A stretch of 64,000 bases of DNA from an uncultured bacterium (GCA_964604135.1 CAZRXU010000001.1:16535-80534); one strand, 5' to 3'. Numbered from the stretch's first letter, positions 51,164-61,624 are shown. Translations and numbers: made by a program. Notes: a model not told the origin generated them from the letters alone.

Positions 51164-52934
51164 AACAGCAGGCTCTGCAGCACGAATTGTTCTGAGTCTG
51201 CTTGGTAAGTCATGGAGAATTTCAAGACTGAAGCCTGTAACAGGTCTCTGGAGCAGTTCTGCTCTGTTTGCCCTGTGGCACAGTGTTCAGCTGCCACTGA
51301 TGTATACCCACAGAAAAAAGGGGGTACGGCTGCTTATAAGCCGCAGCAGAGATGGATCACTTGTTTCCGCCCTTGGCAGAAAAATGGGATTCGGGATAGT
51401 AAGGGGTTCATCCAGCAGAGGAGGGGCTTCAGCGGCCCGTGAGATAGTTAAGGTTCTTCGCGCGGGGAATCAGGTGGCAATTACTCCCGACGGCCCTAAA
51501 GGGCCCCCGGAGGCGGTAAAGAAGGGAGTTTCTCTTATTGCCCGGAGGGCTGGTGTTCCAGTGGTTCCCTGTGGTGTTTCCGCGTTTCCTGCACTTCACC
51601 TTAAAAGCTGGGACAGGTTTACAATACCGATTCCTTTTGCAAGGGTGGTTATCAGCGAAGGCAGGCCGATTATGCCTGAAAGGTGTACGCAGTACACACT
51701 GAACGCAGCTATCAACTCAGAGGCGAGGCGAGCGGAGCTTATTACAAGCCCTGCAGCGTCTGTTTCTATCGGCATCATAAAAGCAATTGCATTCCTGCTG
51801 ACTCCACTTGCAGAGCTTGTTCTTGTGTTCAGACCAGGGAGCGAGCGCAGGGAGCGTAGAGGTATCGTTCTGGAAAACACTAGCAGGCCGGTGTGGCTGC
51901 ATGGTTCAAGTCTGGGCGAGCTTAAAGGGTTGATGCCTGTCATCGATATTTTCAAGGCTGAAGTCATTCCCTTCTTCGTTACTTGCTCAACTCCTGCTGC
52001 AAGGGAATTCCTGGAAAAGGAGAAACTCCCGGGTGCTTTTCAACCACTAGACACTTCTGCAGCAGTATCACGGTTTCTGAACAACATTAAACCAAGTGCG
52101 CTTATTCTTGCTGAAACCGAATTCTGGCCGATCCTTCTGCACGAAACAATTTCAAGAGGTATTACGGCAGGAATGGTAAACGCCAGGCTATCTGCAAAGA
52201 GTGCATCACGTTACAGACTGATAAAACCCCTGTTCAGCAGAACACTCCGGTGTTTCAGAGGTATTCTTGCAAGGTCAAAGGCGGATTCCGACAGGTTCCT
52301 GAAGCTCGGTGTAACAGCCGAAACTGCAGGTGACGGTAAATCTGCAGTGAAACCTGAACCGGCAGACCCAGCGTGGATGAAGAGAATAAAAAAAGGAAGC
52401 AACGGAATTTTAGTTGCAGGCTCAACAAGGAGTGGTGAGGAGCGGGTACTGCTGGAGATGGCCAGGATAGCAGGGCTTACGCCTGTAATAGTTCCAAGAC
52501 ATGCCAGTCGCGTGGCAGCGGTTGTTGCCCTTGCAGATAAGGCAGGGTTCAAACCTGATCTCTGGTCGGAAAACCCTGCAGACTCAGCGTGCCTGATAGT
52601 CGATGTCAGGGGTATTCTTGCATCTCTCTACAGCCTTGCAGATATAGCTTTTGTAGGGGGAACACTTGCACCTGTGGGAGGGCACAACATTCTTGAACCG
52701 CTTGCCCACGGTGTTTCAGTTATCGTAGGGCCTGAACACTTTCATTTTACCGATGTTGTGAAGCATGCCACAAGGAACAATATTTGCAGGGTGTTTTCCG
52801 ATGTGGAAAGTGGTGTTTCCGCCATTGATAAACTGCTGAGCCTTAAGTCGGAAAAGATCAGTTTTGATTACGGCGGTGAACTGTTTACGGGTAAACTAAG
52901 AGAACTTCTACAGAAAATGGATATAGTGCAGTAA
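51153..52934 (+). CDS. waaA: Fusion protein: DUF374 (lysophospholipid-acyltransferase-like) domain + 3-deoxy-D-manno-octulosonic acid (Kdo) transferase WaaA/KdtA (GT30)
   Basis: N-terminal ~200 aa match DUF374 (LISRSRDGSLVSALGRKMGFGIVRGSS...ITPDGPKGP). The rest is collinear with KdtA (WLHGSSLGELKGLMPVI, AGSTRSGEE, FVGGTLAPVGGHNILEP). Start at the internal ATG overlaps the lpxB end by 11 nt. Confidence 0.82.
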   Translation: MRDETAGSAARIVLSLLGKSWRISRLKPVTGLWSSSALFALWHSVQLPLMYTHRKKGVRLLISRSRDGSLVSALGRKMGFGIVRGSSSRGGASAAREIVKVLRAGNQVAITPDGPKGPPEAVKKGVSLIARRAGVPVVPCGVSAFPALHLKSWDRFTIPIPFARVVISEGRPIMPERCTQYTLNAAINSEARRAELITSPAASVSIGIIKAIAFLLTPLAELVLVFRPGSERRERRGIVLENTSRPVWLHGSSLGELKGLMPVIDIFKAEVIPFFVTCSTPAAREFLEKEKLPGAFQPLDTSAAVSRFLNNIKPSALILAETEFWPILLHETISRGITAGMVNARLSAKSASRYRLIKPLFSRTLRCFRGILARSKADSDRFLKLGVTAETAGDGKSAVKPEPADPAWMKRIKKGSNGILVAGSTRSGEERVLLEMARIAGLTPVIVPRHASRVAAVVALADKAGFKPDLWSENPADSACLIVDVRGILASLYSLADIAFVGGTLAPVGGHNILEPLAHGVSVIVGPEHFHFTDVVKHATRNNICRVFSDVESGVSAIDKLLSLKSEKISFDYGGELFTGKLRELLQKMDIVQ

Positions 52935-52943
52935 GGTGGAACT

Positions 52944-54026
52944 ATGCGTCTTGACGAATTGCACAGAAATCTGACAGAGAGAGAAGGCTACTGGCTCTGG
53001 GGTGCCTGGTTTCTTCAGCCGGTGGCGTTTCTGTACTCTGTGGCTGCAGCATTTCACCGTTTTCTTTACGCGAAGGGCCTGCTGCCTGTTCGTTCTTTCA
53101 ATACCGTGGTGGTGAGCATAGGCAACATCGAGGTGGGAGGCGTTGGCAAAACCCCTGTAACCATCAGAATTGCCCGCAGTCTCTCCAAAATGGGAATAAG
53201 AACTGCCGTTGTATGTAAAAATATGTCACCTGGAAGCGTTCCTCCCATCGCTGTTCGTCAGGGCAACGCTTCAGGGGGCCCGTCTCTCAGTGACGAGGCT
53301 GTTCTGCTGGGCAAACTGCTGGGCAGTTCGTGTTCTGTGTACACAGCAGGAGACAAAACCGCTGCTGTGGAGCGAGCAGTGAGGGAGATGAAACCCGAAG
53401 TGGTCATAATCGACGACGGGTTTCAACACCATAAGTTGAAGAAAGACATCAATATAGTTGTTCTCAATGCCGACCATCCATTCGGCCAGGGGGGTGTTCT
53501 GCCAACTGGTACTTTAAGGGAATCTTCCAGGGCTCTGTCTCATGCTGACTACCTGTGGATTAACGGGGTTACATCAGACGCGCAGCTGTCTCTTGCCAGA
53601 AGGCTTGTTTCAGGCAGAAACTGGAAAGCACCTTTCGTTCCAAGCAGTGTTGTTCCCGGGAAACCTCAGCTGTACGACGGAACAACAGACAGAATCGGAA
53701 AGGTTGTTGCTTTCTGCGGCATAGGCAAGCCCCAGGGCTTCAGGAGCACACTGGAAAAAACAGGGTTTGAGATAGCAAAGTTCCACATATACCCAGATCA
53801 CTGGAACTACACGGAAAGCGATACAAAGCACCTTCTGGAAAGTCTTAGAAAGTCTTCAGCAGACTATCTCATCACCACAGAGAAAGATGCTGCCAGACTT
53901 GGCCCTGTTGCGGTAAAAACAATGGAACTGAGGGTTCTTCCAATAAGGCTGTCTGTGCTTGACCGGTCTGCCGAGGAAGAGCTGCTGGGCAGCATACTGG
54001 AGCTGACAGGGGGGAACCGTGACTAA
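52944..54026 (+). CDS. lpxK: Tetraacyldisaccharide 4'-kinase
   Basis: Walker A in GNIEVGGVGKTPVT. Length and position directly after waaA. Confidence 0.88.
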   Translation: MRLDELHRNLTEREGYWLWGAWFLQPVAFLYSVAAAFHRFLYAKGLLPVRSFNTVVVSIGNIEVGGVGKTPVTIRIARSLSKMGIRTAVVCKNMSPGSVPPIAVRQGNASGGPSLSDEAVLLGKLLGSSCSVYTAGDKTAAVERAVREMKPEVVIIDDGFQHHKLKKDINIVVLNADHPFGQGGVLPTGTLRESSRALSHADYLWINGVTSDAQLSLARRLVSGRNWKAPFVPSSVVPGKPQLYDGTTDRIGKVVAFCGIGKPQGFRSTLEKTGFEIAKFHIYPDHWNYTESDTKHLLESLRKSSADYLITTEKDAARLGPVAVKTMELRVLPIRLSVLDRSAEEELLGSILELTGGNRD

Positions 54027-55605
54027 AAAAACAGATGTTCTGATAATAGGCGGGGGAATGGCCGGACTTACATGTGCCCTGGAAATATCCACTAACTATT
54101 CTGTAACGGTACTCAGCAAAATAAATCTTCCTGCAGGAAGCACATTCCTGGCCCAGGGTGGGCTTGCTGCAGTTACATCTGAGGCCGACAGCTTTGAAAG
54201 CCACCTGAAAGACACTCAGAAGTCCGGTGCTGGAATGGTTGATGAGGCTGTGGCCCGTCAGATAATTTCCATGGGGCCGGAACTTGTTAATACCCTGTCA
54301 AACTTGGGTATAACTCTTGAGGGCTCCAATGGAGACGGCGGGGGAATGGAAGGGGGCCACTCTTTCAGGCGGGTGCTGCATTACTTCGACCAGACAGGCA
54401 GGTTTATCTCCGAGCACCTCGCTGAAGAGTGCAGAAAAAGAAAAAACATCACCATTGTCGAGGGAGCATTCGCCATCAATCTTATCACCGCTTCCCGGGA
54501 GGCACTGCCTCTTCTTGATATGGGCAGCGACAGATGTCTTGGTGCCTATGTGCTTATTGAAGGGGATGTTGTTACATTTCTGGCCGGTGAAACGGTTATC
54601 GCCACTGGAGGTGCAGGCAAAACGTACCGCTACACATCCAACCAGGATTCCTCAACAGGTGACGGTATAGCAATGGCATACAGAGCTGGCCTTCCTGTGA
54701 AGAACATGGAGTTTTACCAGTTTCATCCAACCTGCCTTTACCATCCAGACAAGAGGAACTTCCTTATTACAGAGGCTCTCCGAGGAGAGGGCGCAAAACT
54801 CTTGAACGAGGCTGGAAAGCGGTTCATGAAGTACTATGACCCGGAGAGAATGGAACTTGCTCCCAGGGACGTTGTTGCCAGAGCTATCGACAGTGAAATG
54901 AAACGTCTTGGCACCGATCACATGCTTCTGGATGCCACACACCTGTCACGGCAGTTCCTTGAAGAGCACTTTCCTGAGGTAACTTCAGGCGTAACCTCTG
55001 TTGGAATACAACCCTGGGAAGACCCCATTCCGGTTGTTCCTGCGGCACACTATTGTGTGGGGGGCATATCCGCAGCAACAGATGGTTCAACAGAGATGTC
55101 AGCTCTTCGCGTTATCGGCGAAGCGTCCTGCACAGGCTTTCACGGGGCCAACCGTCTTGGCAGCAACAGCCTTCTTGAAGCCGGTGTTATGGGGCTTCTG
55201 TGCGCCAGATCCTTTGAAGGCGACCTTTTTCGCCGCGTAACAGACCTTGAGGTGAGAGACTGGTCTTACGGCAGGGCGGAACCTCTTGAGGAAAGTGTTC
55301 TGGTAGATCATTCCTGGGCAAGTCTTAGAAGTGTAATGTGGGATTATGTTGGCATAGTAAAAACCGACAAGCGTCTCAGGCGGGCTCTTAAACTTCTCGA
55401 TGTGCTTGCCGATGAGGTGGAGGAAGACTACTGGACTCTTCTACCCACAGTAGAACAGCTGGAGCTTAGGAACCTCACCACAGTGGCAAGGGTTATAGTA
55501 AGAAGTGCGCTTCTGCGCAGAGAGAGTGTAGGGCTTCATTACCTTGTAGACTGTCCCCACAAATCGCACACAAGAACAGATACGGTACTGAGAATAAACC
55601 CGTAG
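54019..55605 (+). CDS. nadB: L-aspartate oxidase (FAD flavoprotein; succinate dehydrogenase/fumarate reductase flavoprotein family)
   Basis: DVLIIGGGMAGL FAD motif. RSHTVAAxGG-like FLAQGGLAA. HPT FQFHPTCL. C-terminal capping domain. 528 aa is typical NadB size. Confidence 0.8.
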   Translation: MTKKTDVLIIGGGMAGLTCALEISTNYSVTVLSKINLPAGSTFLAQGGLAAVTSEADSFESHLKDTQKSGAGMVDEAVARQIISMGPELVNTLSNLGITLEGSNGDGGGMEGGHSFRRVLHYFDQTGRFISEHLAEECRKRKNITIVEGAFAINLITASREALPLLDMGSDRCLGAYVLIEGDVVTFLAGETVIATGGAGKTYRYTSNQDSSTGDGIAMAYRAGLPVKNMEFYQFHPTCLYHPDKRNFLITEALRGEGAKLLNEAGKRFMKYYDPERMELAPRDVVARAIDSEMKRLGTDHMLLDATHLSRQFLEEHFPEVTSGVTSVGIQPWEDPIPVVPAAHYCVGGISAATDGSTEMSALRVIGEASCTGFHGANRLGSNSLLEAGVMGLLCARSFEGDLFRRVTDLEVRDWSYGRAEPLEESVLVDHSWASLRSVMWDYVGIVKTDKRLRRALKLLDVLADEVEEDYWTLLPTVEQLELRNLTTVARVIVRSALLRRESVGLHYLVDCPHKSHTRTDTVLRINP

Positions 55606-55612
55606 GGAGTTC

Positions 55613-56137
55613 ATGAAGAAGCTTCTCCCCGTATTCCTGCTCATGGCAGCCTGCGTACCGGCTCCGGTGTACCGGGGCGCAGGTGTGAACTGTCGGGGTC
55701 CAATGCCTTCCTCTTGCGGAACAGTGGATTCTTCCACCGGGGAACCTGTACCTCCGCCTACCCCCGCCACATCAGTAGAGCACCGTATTCAGGGGGAAAT
55801 AGACAGCTGGATGGGCACACCATACGTGTACGGCGGCGTTTCCCACAACGGGGTAGACTGCTCTGGATTTACACAGGCTGTGTACCGTTCCGTTGGCATT
55901 GAAATTCCCAGAAGGGCATCCAGACAGGCTGCAGCTGCAGAAACAGTGAGAAGGGAAAACCTCAAGTACGGCGATCTTGTGTTCTTCAACACTTCAGGTT
56001 CAGGAATCTCCCACTGTGGTATCTACCTTGGAAATGGTGAGTTCGTACACGCTTCCAGCAGCAGGGGAGTAGTGCGGGATCTGCTGAATCACCCATACTA
56101 TTCCACTCGGTATGTGACCGGTGGAAGGTTCCTGTAG
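55613..56137 (+). CDS. NlpC/P60-family cell-wall hydrolase lipoprotein
   Basis: Lipobox LLMAACV. GTPYVYGGVSHNGVDCSGFTQAVY catalytic Cys motif. His in GISHCGIYLG. Confidence 0.85.
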   Translation: MKKLLPVFLLMAACVPAPVYRGAGVNCRGPMPSSCGTVDSSTGEPVPPPTPATSVEHRIQGEIDSWMGTPYVYGGVSHNGVDCSGFTQAVYRSVGIEIPRRASRQAAAAETVRRENLKYGDLVFFNTSGSGISHCGIYLGNGEFVHASSSRGVVRDLLNHPYYSTRYVTGGRFL

Positions 56138-56142
56138 CGCCA

Positions 56143-57285
56143 ATGAAAATACTTGATATAAATAATCTTTACTCCCCATCCGGTGGCGGAATAAGAGTGT
56201 ATCACCACGAGAAGCTGAACTGGTGCAGCAAAAGTGGAATCGAAAATCTTCTGCTGTATCCAGCCCGGCAAAACACAACAGTTCATGTAAACGGAGGTAC
56301 CGTTCGCGGTATAAAATCTCCCGGCCTCGGAGGCAGCGGTTACAGCTTTTTCACCAGAGGAAAACCACTCAGGGAGATAATCGCCCGGTACAATCCAGAT
56401 GTAATTGAACTGGGCAGTGGCATTGTTGTTCCAGGAATGGTCAGAAATGCACTGCAAACAAAACCAGTATTCGCATACTTCCACTCAAACTGGCCTGAAA
56501 CTCTGCCAATGAGCGTTCTTGGTATCACCGGCAGATTGCAGCGAAATCTATTCAGAAAGCTAACAACCCCGCTTATGCACAGAGCCTACAGAGATCTGAA
56601 TGCTGTTATGGCAGGAAGCAATTACTCAATAGACTGCTTAAAACAGGCAGGCATAACAAGAATAAAAAAGATTCCCCTTGGTACAGATCCTGAAGTGTTC
56701 CACCCGAACAGGAGATCAACAGCACTTAGAAATGCCCTGGAAGTGCCTCCGGAAGGGAAGATAGTTCTTTACATGGGCCGTCTGGCTCCTGAAAAAGGAA
56801 TACAGGTTCTTCTTGAGGCATGTACCCCTCTGTTCAGAGAAAAACAGCTGACAGTGGTAATAGCAGGCAGTGGACACTGGAACAAAAAGGTACGCAAGGC
56901 TGCACACAGATATCCAGACAGGCTTAAACTGGTAAGCAGGGTTGAAACAAAATACCAGGCGGCAGAGCTTATGGCCAGCGCAGATGTGTTCGTTTCCGCA
57001 GGACCGCTGGAAACCTTTTCCCTCACAACACTTGAAGCCCTTGCCTGCGGAACTCCTGTTGCAGCCTGCACACAGGCAGCTGCCTCGGAACTGGTAACAC
57101 AGGCCGGGGGCAGTTCCACCTATTCTCCATGGAATTCAGGTGAAGCCCTTGCAGAAGCCATCTTTACGGCTGCATCAGCAACCCTTGAACAAAGAAAAAA
57201 ATACCGTGCCTTCGCAGAGCAGTACACCTGGAACACCTGTTTTGAAAAAGTGTTCAGGTTGTATAATTCAGAGTTGAACGCATAA
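56143..57285 (+). CDS. Glycosyltransferase family 1 (GT4-type)
   Basis: C-terminal ETFSLTTLEALACGTPVAA. N-terminal GT4 fold features. Confidence 0.8.
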   Translation: MKILDINNLYSPSGGGIRVYHHEKLNWCSKSGIENLLLYPARQNTTVHVNGGTVRGIKSPGLGGSGYSFFTRGKPLREIIARYNPDVIELGSGIVVPGMVRNALQTKPVFAYFHSNWPETLPMSVLGITGRLQRNLFRKLTTPLMHRAYRDLNAVMAGSNYSIDCLKQAGITRIKKIPLGTDPEVFHPNRRSTALRNALEVPPEGKIVLYMGRLAPEKGIQVLLEACTPLFREKQLTVVIAGSGHWNKKVRKAAHRYPDRLKLVSRVETKYQAAELMASADVFVSAGPLETFSLTTLEALACGTPVAACTQAAASELVTQAGGSSTYSPWNSGEALAEAIFTAASATLEQRKKYRAFAEQYTWNTCFEKVFRLYNSELNA

Positions 57286-57678
57286 ATAGCACTATTTCAG
57301 GCTCTCCAGCTATGGGGAACGGCAGAATCTCTTCGTGACACAGGGATCATTTCCGCAACGTCACGAAAATGATGCGGGATGAACTCACAAGGAATACTTG
57401 TTAGTTGCTCTGAAGGCTCCGGCGGATGCAGCAGAAGAAACAGCAGTGTAACACTGCCGCGGGTATTCCGGTCTGTGTATAGGAGCAAAGAAATACCCGG
57501 GTGTGGGATATTGCTTTGATTTGTGACTAAGCGATGGGTTATTGTATTCGATATCAGTAGTACTAACTAATGCAGGGAAGGAACAGTATTAGAGCGAATC
57601 AACTCAATCAATTTCACTTTCACCTTAGGCTATTGAGAGTGAAGCAGTTTTGTAAACACCTATACCAGGAGGTATACG

Positions 57679-59367
57679 ATGATAATAGTTGCATTGATAT
57701 CCGCAATTCTCTCGGCTTCCGGTGTTGCCATCACAGAGCCTGTAGACGGTGAAACCTACAACGGTGACTGGCTTACAGTTCGGGCAATTGTAGAGAATGA
57801 TAACACACTGCCTGATTCTGTGCACTACACCCTTAACGGGGGTAACGCTGTAACAGTTCCGAGGCTGAACACAGACTGGTATACTTACATGGCAAACGAC
57901 TGCCACACTGGATATTCAGAGTCTCCAGGACCTGTGGACAGTACAATTCTGTGGACTGCGCAGGTAACAGGCAGCTACCATGAATTCCCTACGCCTGTAG
58001 TTGTAGACGGTATTGTGTACTATCCACAGGATTCCACAGGTGATTCCCTGTACGCCCTGAACGCTGCAACGGGAGAAATTATCTGGAGTTACCGAACTGG
58101 CTACACCGATGACGCTGTAACCGTAAAGAACGGATACCTCTACACTTCCAGTGATTCGCTGTGGTGCCTTGATGCACTTACCGGAGAGAGGATATGGGCC
58201 AATGGTGAGGCAACAGGAGACGCAAGCACACCGGCAGTACATGGTAACGCAGTATTCAACTGCAGCAACAATTACGCAGCGAGCAACAGCACTGTGTATT
58301 CGCTCGATACTGAAACAGGAGATGTGAACTGGACCAGAGATGTATCCGGTTACGTGGCAAGCTGTCTCACCGTCTGGAACGATATGTTGTTCATGCCTAC
58401 ATACTACGGCCCTCTGTACGCCTTCAATATCAGCAACGGAGATATTATATGGCAGAACACTGATGCGCAGAATGGTTACTGGGATTCCTCTCCTGTAATA
58501 GTTGACGGGTATCTTTACATCCTGGGTAATGACAGCAGGGCAAGGGCATTTGATCCGCTTACAGGAAACATGGTGTGGGAAACAAGTATCACACCTGGAA
58601 CATACCTTTCCGCTACTCCTGCATTCCACGATAACAGATTGTACTTTGGTGATCAGGTTGATTCCTTCCACTGCCTGGAAACTGTTGCAGGAGGTTCTGT
58701 GTGGAAAGTACCGGGAGTGTTGCATGGTTCCCCCGGGGTTGCAGACGGTATGGTGTTCTACGGAGAGGGCAGCAACTACTACGACAGAACAGCACATGTC
58801 TACGCTCTGGATTGTGAAAACGGTGAGGTTGTATGGAGTTATCTTACAAACTGCGGTCCGTTCGGTATTGTTTCCAGCCCGTCAATTGTTGATGGAATTG
58901 TGTACATTGCAGGAACAGATGGGAATATGTATGCCTTCGGTACAGGGCTTAAGTATACATACCTCGACGACCTTTACGCACAGGTGGGGGCCAATGAGCT
59001 GATAGTAACATCTTTTGCAGGCGGCACTGCCGTTGCAGCGGACACAATCAGCTTCACCGTGTCCGGTACCGGTTTCACACCGGAAACGTCCCGTGTGTTC
59101 AGCATAACAGCAGGGCCAAACCCGTTTGCAGTAAGTGCCGACATCTCGTTTGAACTGCCGAACAGTGGCTATACCAGTGTCTCAATATTTGATCTTGCCG
59201 GAAGAGAAGTGGCAACACTGCTTAACGGAGAAATGGTTCAGGGAAGCCATTCTGTAAGCTGGAACGGCAGTCTGAAGAGCGGGGAAGAGGCCGCGTCAGG
59301 TCTGTACCTCGTCCGAATTGAATCAGACGGTGTTGTTGAAACAACAGGATTGTGTCTGCTGCGGTAG
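57679..59367 (+). CDS. PQQ-like beta-propeller repeat protein with T9SS (Por) C-terminal sorting domain
   Basis: Signal peptide. Repeated ...LYALNAATGEIIWSY / LWCLDALTGERIW / VYALDCENGEVVWSY PQQ-propeller blades. C-terminal ...AGPNPFAVSADISFELPNSGYTSVSIFDLAGREVATLLNGEMVQGSHSVSWNG...SGLYLVRIESDGVVETTGLCLLR is a canonical TIGR04183-type CTD. Confidence 0.85.
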   Translation: MIIVALISAILSASGVAITEPVDGETYNGDWLTVRAIVENDNTLPDSVHYTLNGGNAVTVPRLNTDWYTYMANDCHTGYSESPGPVDSTILWTAQVTGSYHEFPTPVVVDGIVYYPQDSTGDSLYALNAATGEIIWSYRTGYTDDAVTVKNGYLYTSSDSLWCLDALTGERIWANGEATGDASTPAVHGNAVFNCSNNYAASNSTVYSLDTETGDVNWTRDVSGYVASCLTVWNDMLFMPTYYGPLYAFNISNGDIIWQNTDAQNGYWDSSPVIVDGYLYILGNDSRARAFDPLTGNMVWETSITPGTYLSATPAFHDNRLYFGDQVDSFHCLETVAGGSVWKVPGVLHGSPGVADGMVFYGEGSNYYDRTAHVYALDCENGEVVWSYLTNCGPFGIVSSPSIVDGIVYIAGTDGNMYAFGTGLKYTYLDDLYAQVGANELIVTSFAGGTAVAADTISFTVSGTGFTPETSRVFSITAGPNPFAVSADISFELPNSGYTSVSIFDLAGREVATLLNGEMVQGSHSVSWNGSLKSGEEAASGLYLVRIESDGVVETTGLCLLR

Positions 59368-59496
59368 AGTTCTCTATTTAGGAAAATGCCTTGAGGAAAG
59401 CCTTCAGCAACTGTGGTATGTATAAAATACTTGACATGATGTAAGAAATAGCATACATTCTTTCTGTGTTGATAAACTCTCATTGCACAGGAGGAA

Positions 59497-59922
59497 ATGA
59501 TGCAGAACAGACACGAGAAACTTGCGGTTTTCAATCTCTCCATAATTGCAGCAGGTATCCTGCTTTTCATTCTGATATGGCAAACCATGGGAATCAGTCG
59601 AGCATACGGAGGGTTTGCTGTGTTCGCTTTCATGGCTGTTGGTCACCTGGTGTTTCTGAGGAAGAGGAAATCTCCTGAAGTTGTGGAAGATGAGCGCGAT
59701 GCATCTATCCGGATAAAGGCAAACTCTGTTGCGCTTGCCTTTATGAATACCTATTTCATCTTCGTGTCGCTTGCGGTGTACTTCACTTATTCAGACGCAG
59801 GAGTTGTTTCGGTTGATTTCTTTCCTCTGTTTGTGTACATCGGCTGGGCAGTACAGGTTTTTGCGTTTTCCGTAACAACACTTGTACAGTACAGAAGGGG
59901 AACCAGCTGTGGAACCTGCTGA
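59497..59922 (+). CDS. Hypothetical membrane protein (4 TM)
   Basis: 141 aa, four hydrophobic helices, no motif. Confidence 0.4.
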   Translation: MMQNRHEKLAVFNLSIIAAGILLFILIWQTMGISRAYGGFAVFAFMAVGHLVFLRKRKSPEVVEDERDASIRIKANSVALAFMNTYFIFVSLAVYFTYSDAGVVSVDFFPLFVYIGWAVQVFAFSVTTLVQYRRGTSCGTC

Positions 59923-60121
59923 GCTCAGGAATCAAATCAGGCGTTTGCGATTCGAACACGGAGAAATGACACAACAGAAACTGGCTGATCTGGTTCATGT
60001 AACCAGGCAAACGATCATCGCTCTTGAGGCGCACAGATACAACCCTTCTCTTCTGCTTGCTCTGAGAATTGCAAAGGTTTTCGGAGTATCTGTGGATGAT
60101 GTGTTCGAGTACAATGAATAA
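59882..60121 (+). CDS. XRE-family helix-turn-helix transcriptional regulator
   Basis: EMTQQKLADLVHVTRQTIIALEAHRYNPSLLLALRIAKVFGVSVDDVFEY is a Cro/C1 HTH. Start uncertain. Confidence 0.7.
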   Translation: MYSTEGEPAVEPAELRNQIRRLRFEHGEMTQQKLADLVHVTRQTIIALEAHRYNPSLLLALRIAKVFGVSVDDVFEYNE

Positions 60122-60199
60122 GAGAGCAGGTTGTAGGTACGATCTCCTTGTGTTTTGACTACAGTATAAGTATCTTCATTGTAGAAACAGGAGGAGCTG

Positions 60200-60442
60200 A
60201 TGCAAACTAGAATACAGAAGTGGGGAAACAGTCTTGCCGTGCGGATTCCAAAGGCATTTGTAAGTGAGATAAACATCTCGTACGGTACTTCTGTAGATAT
60301 CACTGTTGATAAAGGCAGAATTATTATAGATCCAAATGTCAGACACGAGTACAGGCTGGAAGACCTGCTCAGTGATGTCAGCAGGCAGAATCTTCATGCC
60401 GAGGTTGAAACAGATGATGCTGTGGGGCGGGAAAGCCTGTGA
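60200..60442 (+). CDS. mazE: MazE/AbrB-family type II antitoxin
   Basis: IQKWGNSLAVRIPKAF swapped-hairpin AbrB/MazE motif. 80 aa. 4 nt overlap with the downstream toxin gene. Confidence 0.82.
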   Translation: MQTRIQKWGNSLAVRIPKAFVSEINISYGTSVDITVDKGRIIIDPNVRHEYRLEDLLSDVSRQNLHAEVETDDAVGRESL

Positions 60443-60780
60443 CTGGCGGAAACTATTGTCCGAAAAGGGGAGACATTGTGTGGCTTTCCTTCAACCCGCA
60501 TGCCGGTCATGAGCAGGCGGGGAGGCGTCCTGCGCTTGTGCTTTCACTACTGTCATACAACAGGAAAGTTGGTCTGGCTCTGCACTGTCCTGTTATCAGT
60601 GAGGTAAAGGGCTATCCTTTTGAAGTGAAGATACCTTCCGGTCTTGAGGTTTCGGGCGTAGTTCTGTCTGACCAGATAAAAAGCCTCGACTGGGCAGCTC
60701 GAAAAGCAACCTTTGCCTGTACTCTGCCAGAGAAGACGATAAGAGAAGTTCTGGGGAAAGCTGGAACGCTTCTGAGGTAA
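60439..60780 (+). CDS. mazF: MazF/PemK-family type II toxin endoribonuclease
   Basis: PKRGDIVWLSFNPHAGHEQAGRRPALVLS ... MazF/PemK fold. 113 aa. Confidence 0.82.
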   Translation: MTGGNYCPKRGDIVWLSFNPHAGHEQAGRRPALVLSLLSYNRKVGLALHCPVISEVKGYPFEVKIPSGLEVSGVVLSDQIKSLDWAARKATFACTLPEKTIREVLGKAGTLLR

Positions 60781-60847
60781 ACAATTTCTGAAAACCACGG
60801 CAGCTTCTGCAGCCGGACTGTTAATAAGTTAAACAAGGAAAACCGGA

Positions 60848-61624
60848 ATGCTAAATATCAAAGAAATCGAAGCAGCTCTATCGCCAGTTATTCTAAAACA
60901 ACAGCAAGCCTGCAGTATTCATACTCTTTTCAGTTATCAATATCCAATTGGAATAGGTGTATCAAACAAGCTACATGTTTTTCTGGAGCAATTAGGAACA
61001 TATCAGTACAAATCAACAGTTACTCTTCCGATGCAAATCCGAGAGGGCACACAAGCCGCTTTCTATATTGACGAGCTGCAAGATTGCTGTTGTGTTGTAA
61101 CTCCCAGTTGTCTGAAAGAATCGAATTTCTTCGCAACGATTCTTCATGAATTTGTCCACTGTTATCAAAACAGAACATGTGAGGATAACCTGAAGACAAA
61201 ACTGAGTATTTATCAACGCGCAAAAAGTACTCAGGATTATATGTGGGAGATAAATCATCCATTCCCGTATGAAAATCTTAGCTTCCAGAAGCTTTTACAA
61301 AGCATCACAAGATATAGTCTCGATGATACTATGGATGTACTTTCTATACTATCAGCAAAACTTGAAATCTATGACTACGAGTACATGATATGGCAACTCT
61401 GGAAAGAGGGCTTTGCTCGGTATATTGAGAATGGAATCCTTCGGATGAATGATATTGAAGAAAACAACGGTGGTTCAAATATAGAATCGCCGAATAGAAC
61501 TTCTCTTTACTTTGTTGGTGACTGGATCTGGCGACAACTGGAGGCTCGAGATAGGAATTTAATTGAGGATATTGAAAAGGCATTTTCTATCTTGAAACAC
61601 AATTATGGTTTAACAATGGCGTGA
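60848..61624 (+). CDS. Hypothetical protein with HExxH motif (putative metallopeptidase-like)
   Basis: ATILHEFVHCYQ contains HEFVH. No signal peptide. Otherwise unrecognised. Confidence 0.4.
   Translation: MLNIKEIEAALSPVILKQQQACSIHTLFSYQYPIGIGVSNKLHVFLEQLGTYQYKSTVTLPMQIREGTQAAFYIDELQDCCCVVTPSCLKESNFFATILHEFVHCYQNRTCEDNLKTKLSIYQRAKSTQDYMWEINHPFPYENLSFQKLLQSITRYSLDDTMDVLSILSAKLEIYDYEYMIWQLWKEGFARYIENGILRMNDIEENNGGSNIESPNRTSLYFVGDWIWRQLEARDRNLIEDIEKAFSILKHNYGLTMA

Noticed and set aside
57286-57678. Intergenic region upstream of the T9SS propeller gene as an ncRNA
   Set aside because: Only one modest inverted repeat (CGTGAC...GTCACG) and an AGGAGG RBS. It is consistent with an ordinary promoter/5' UTR.
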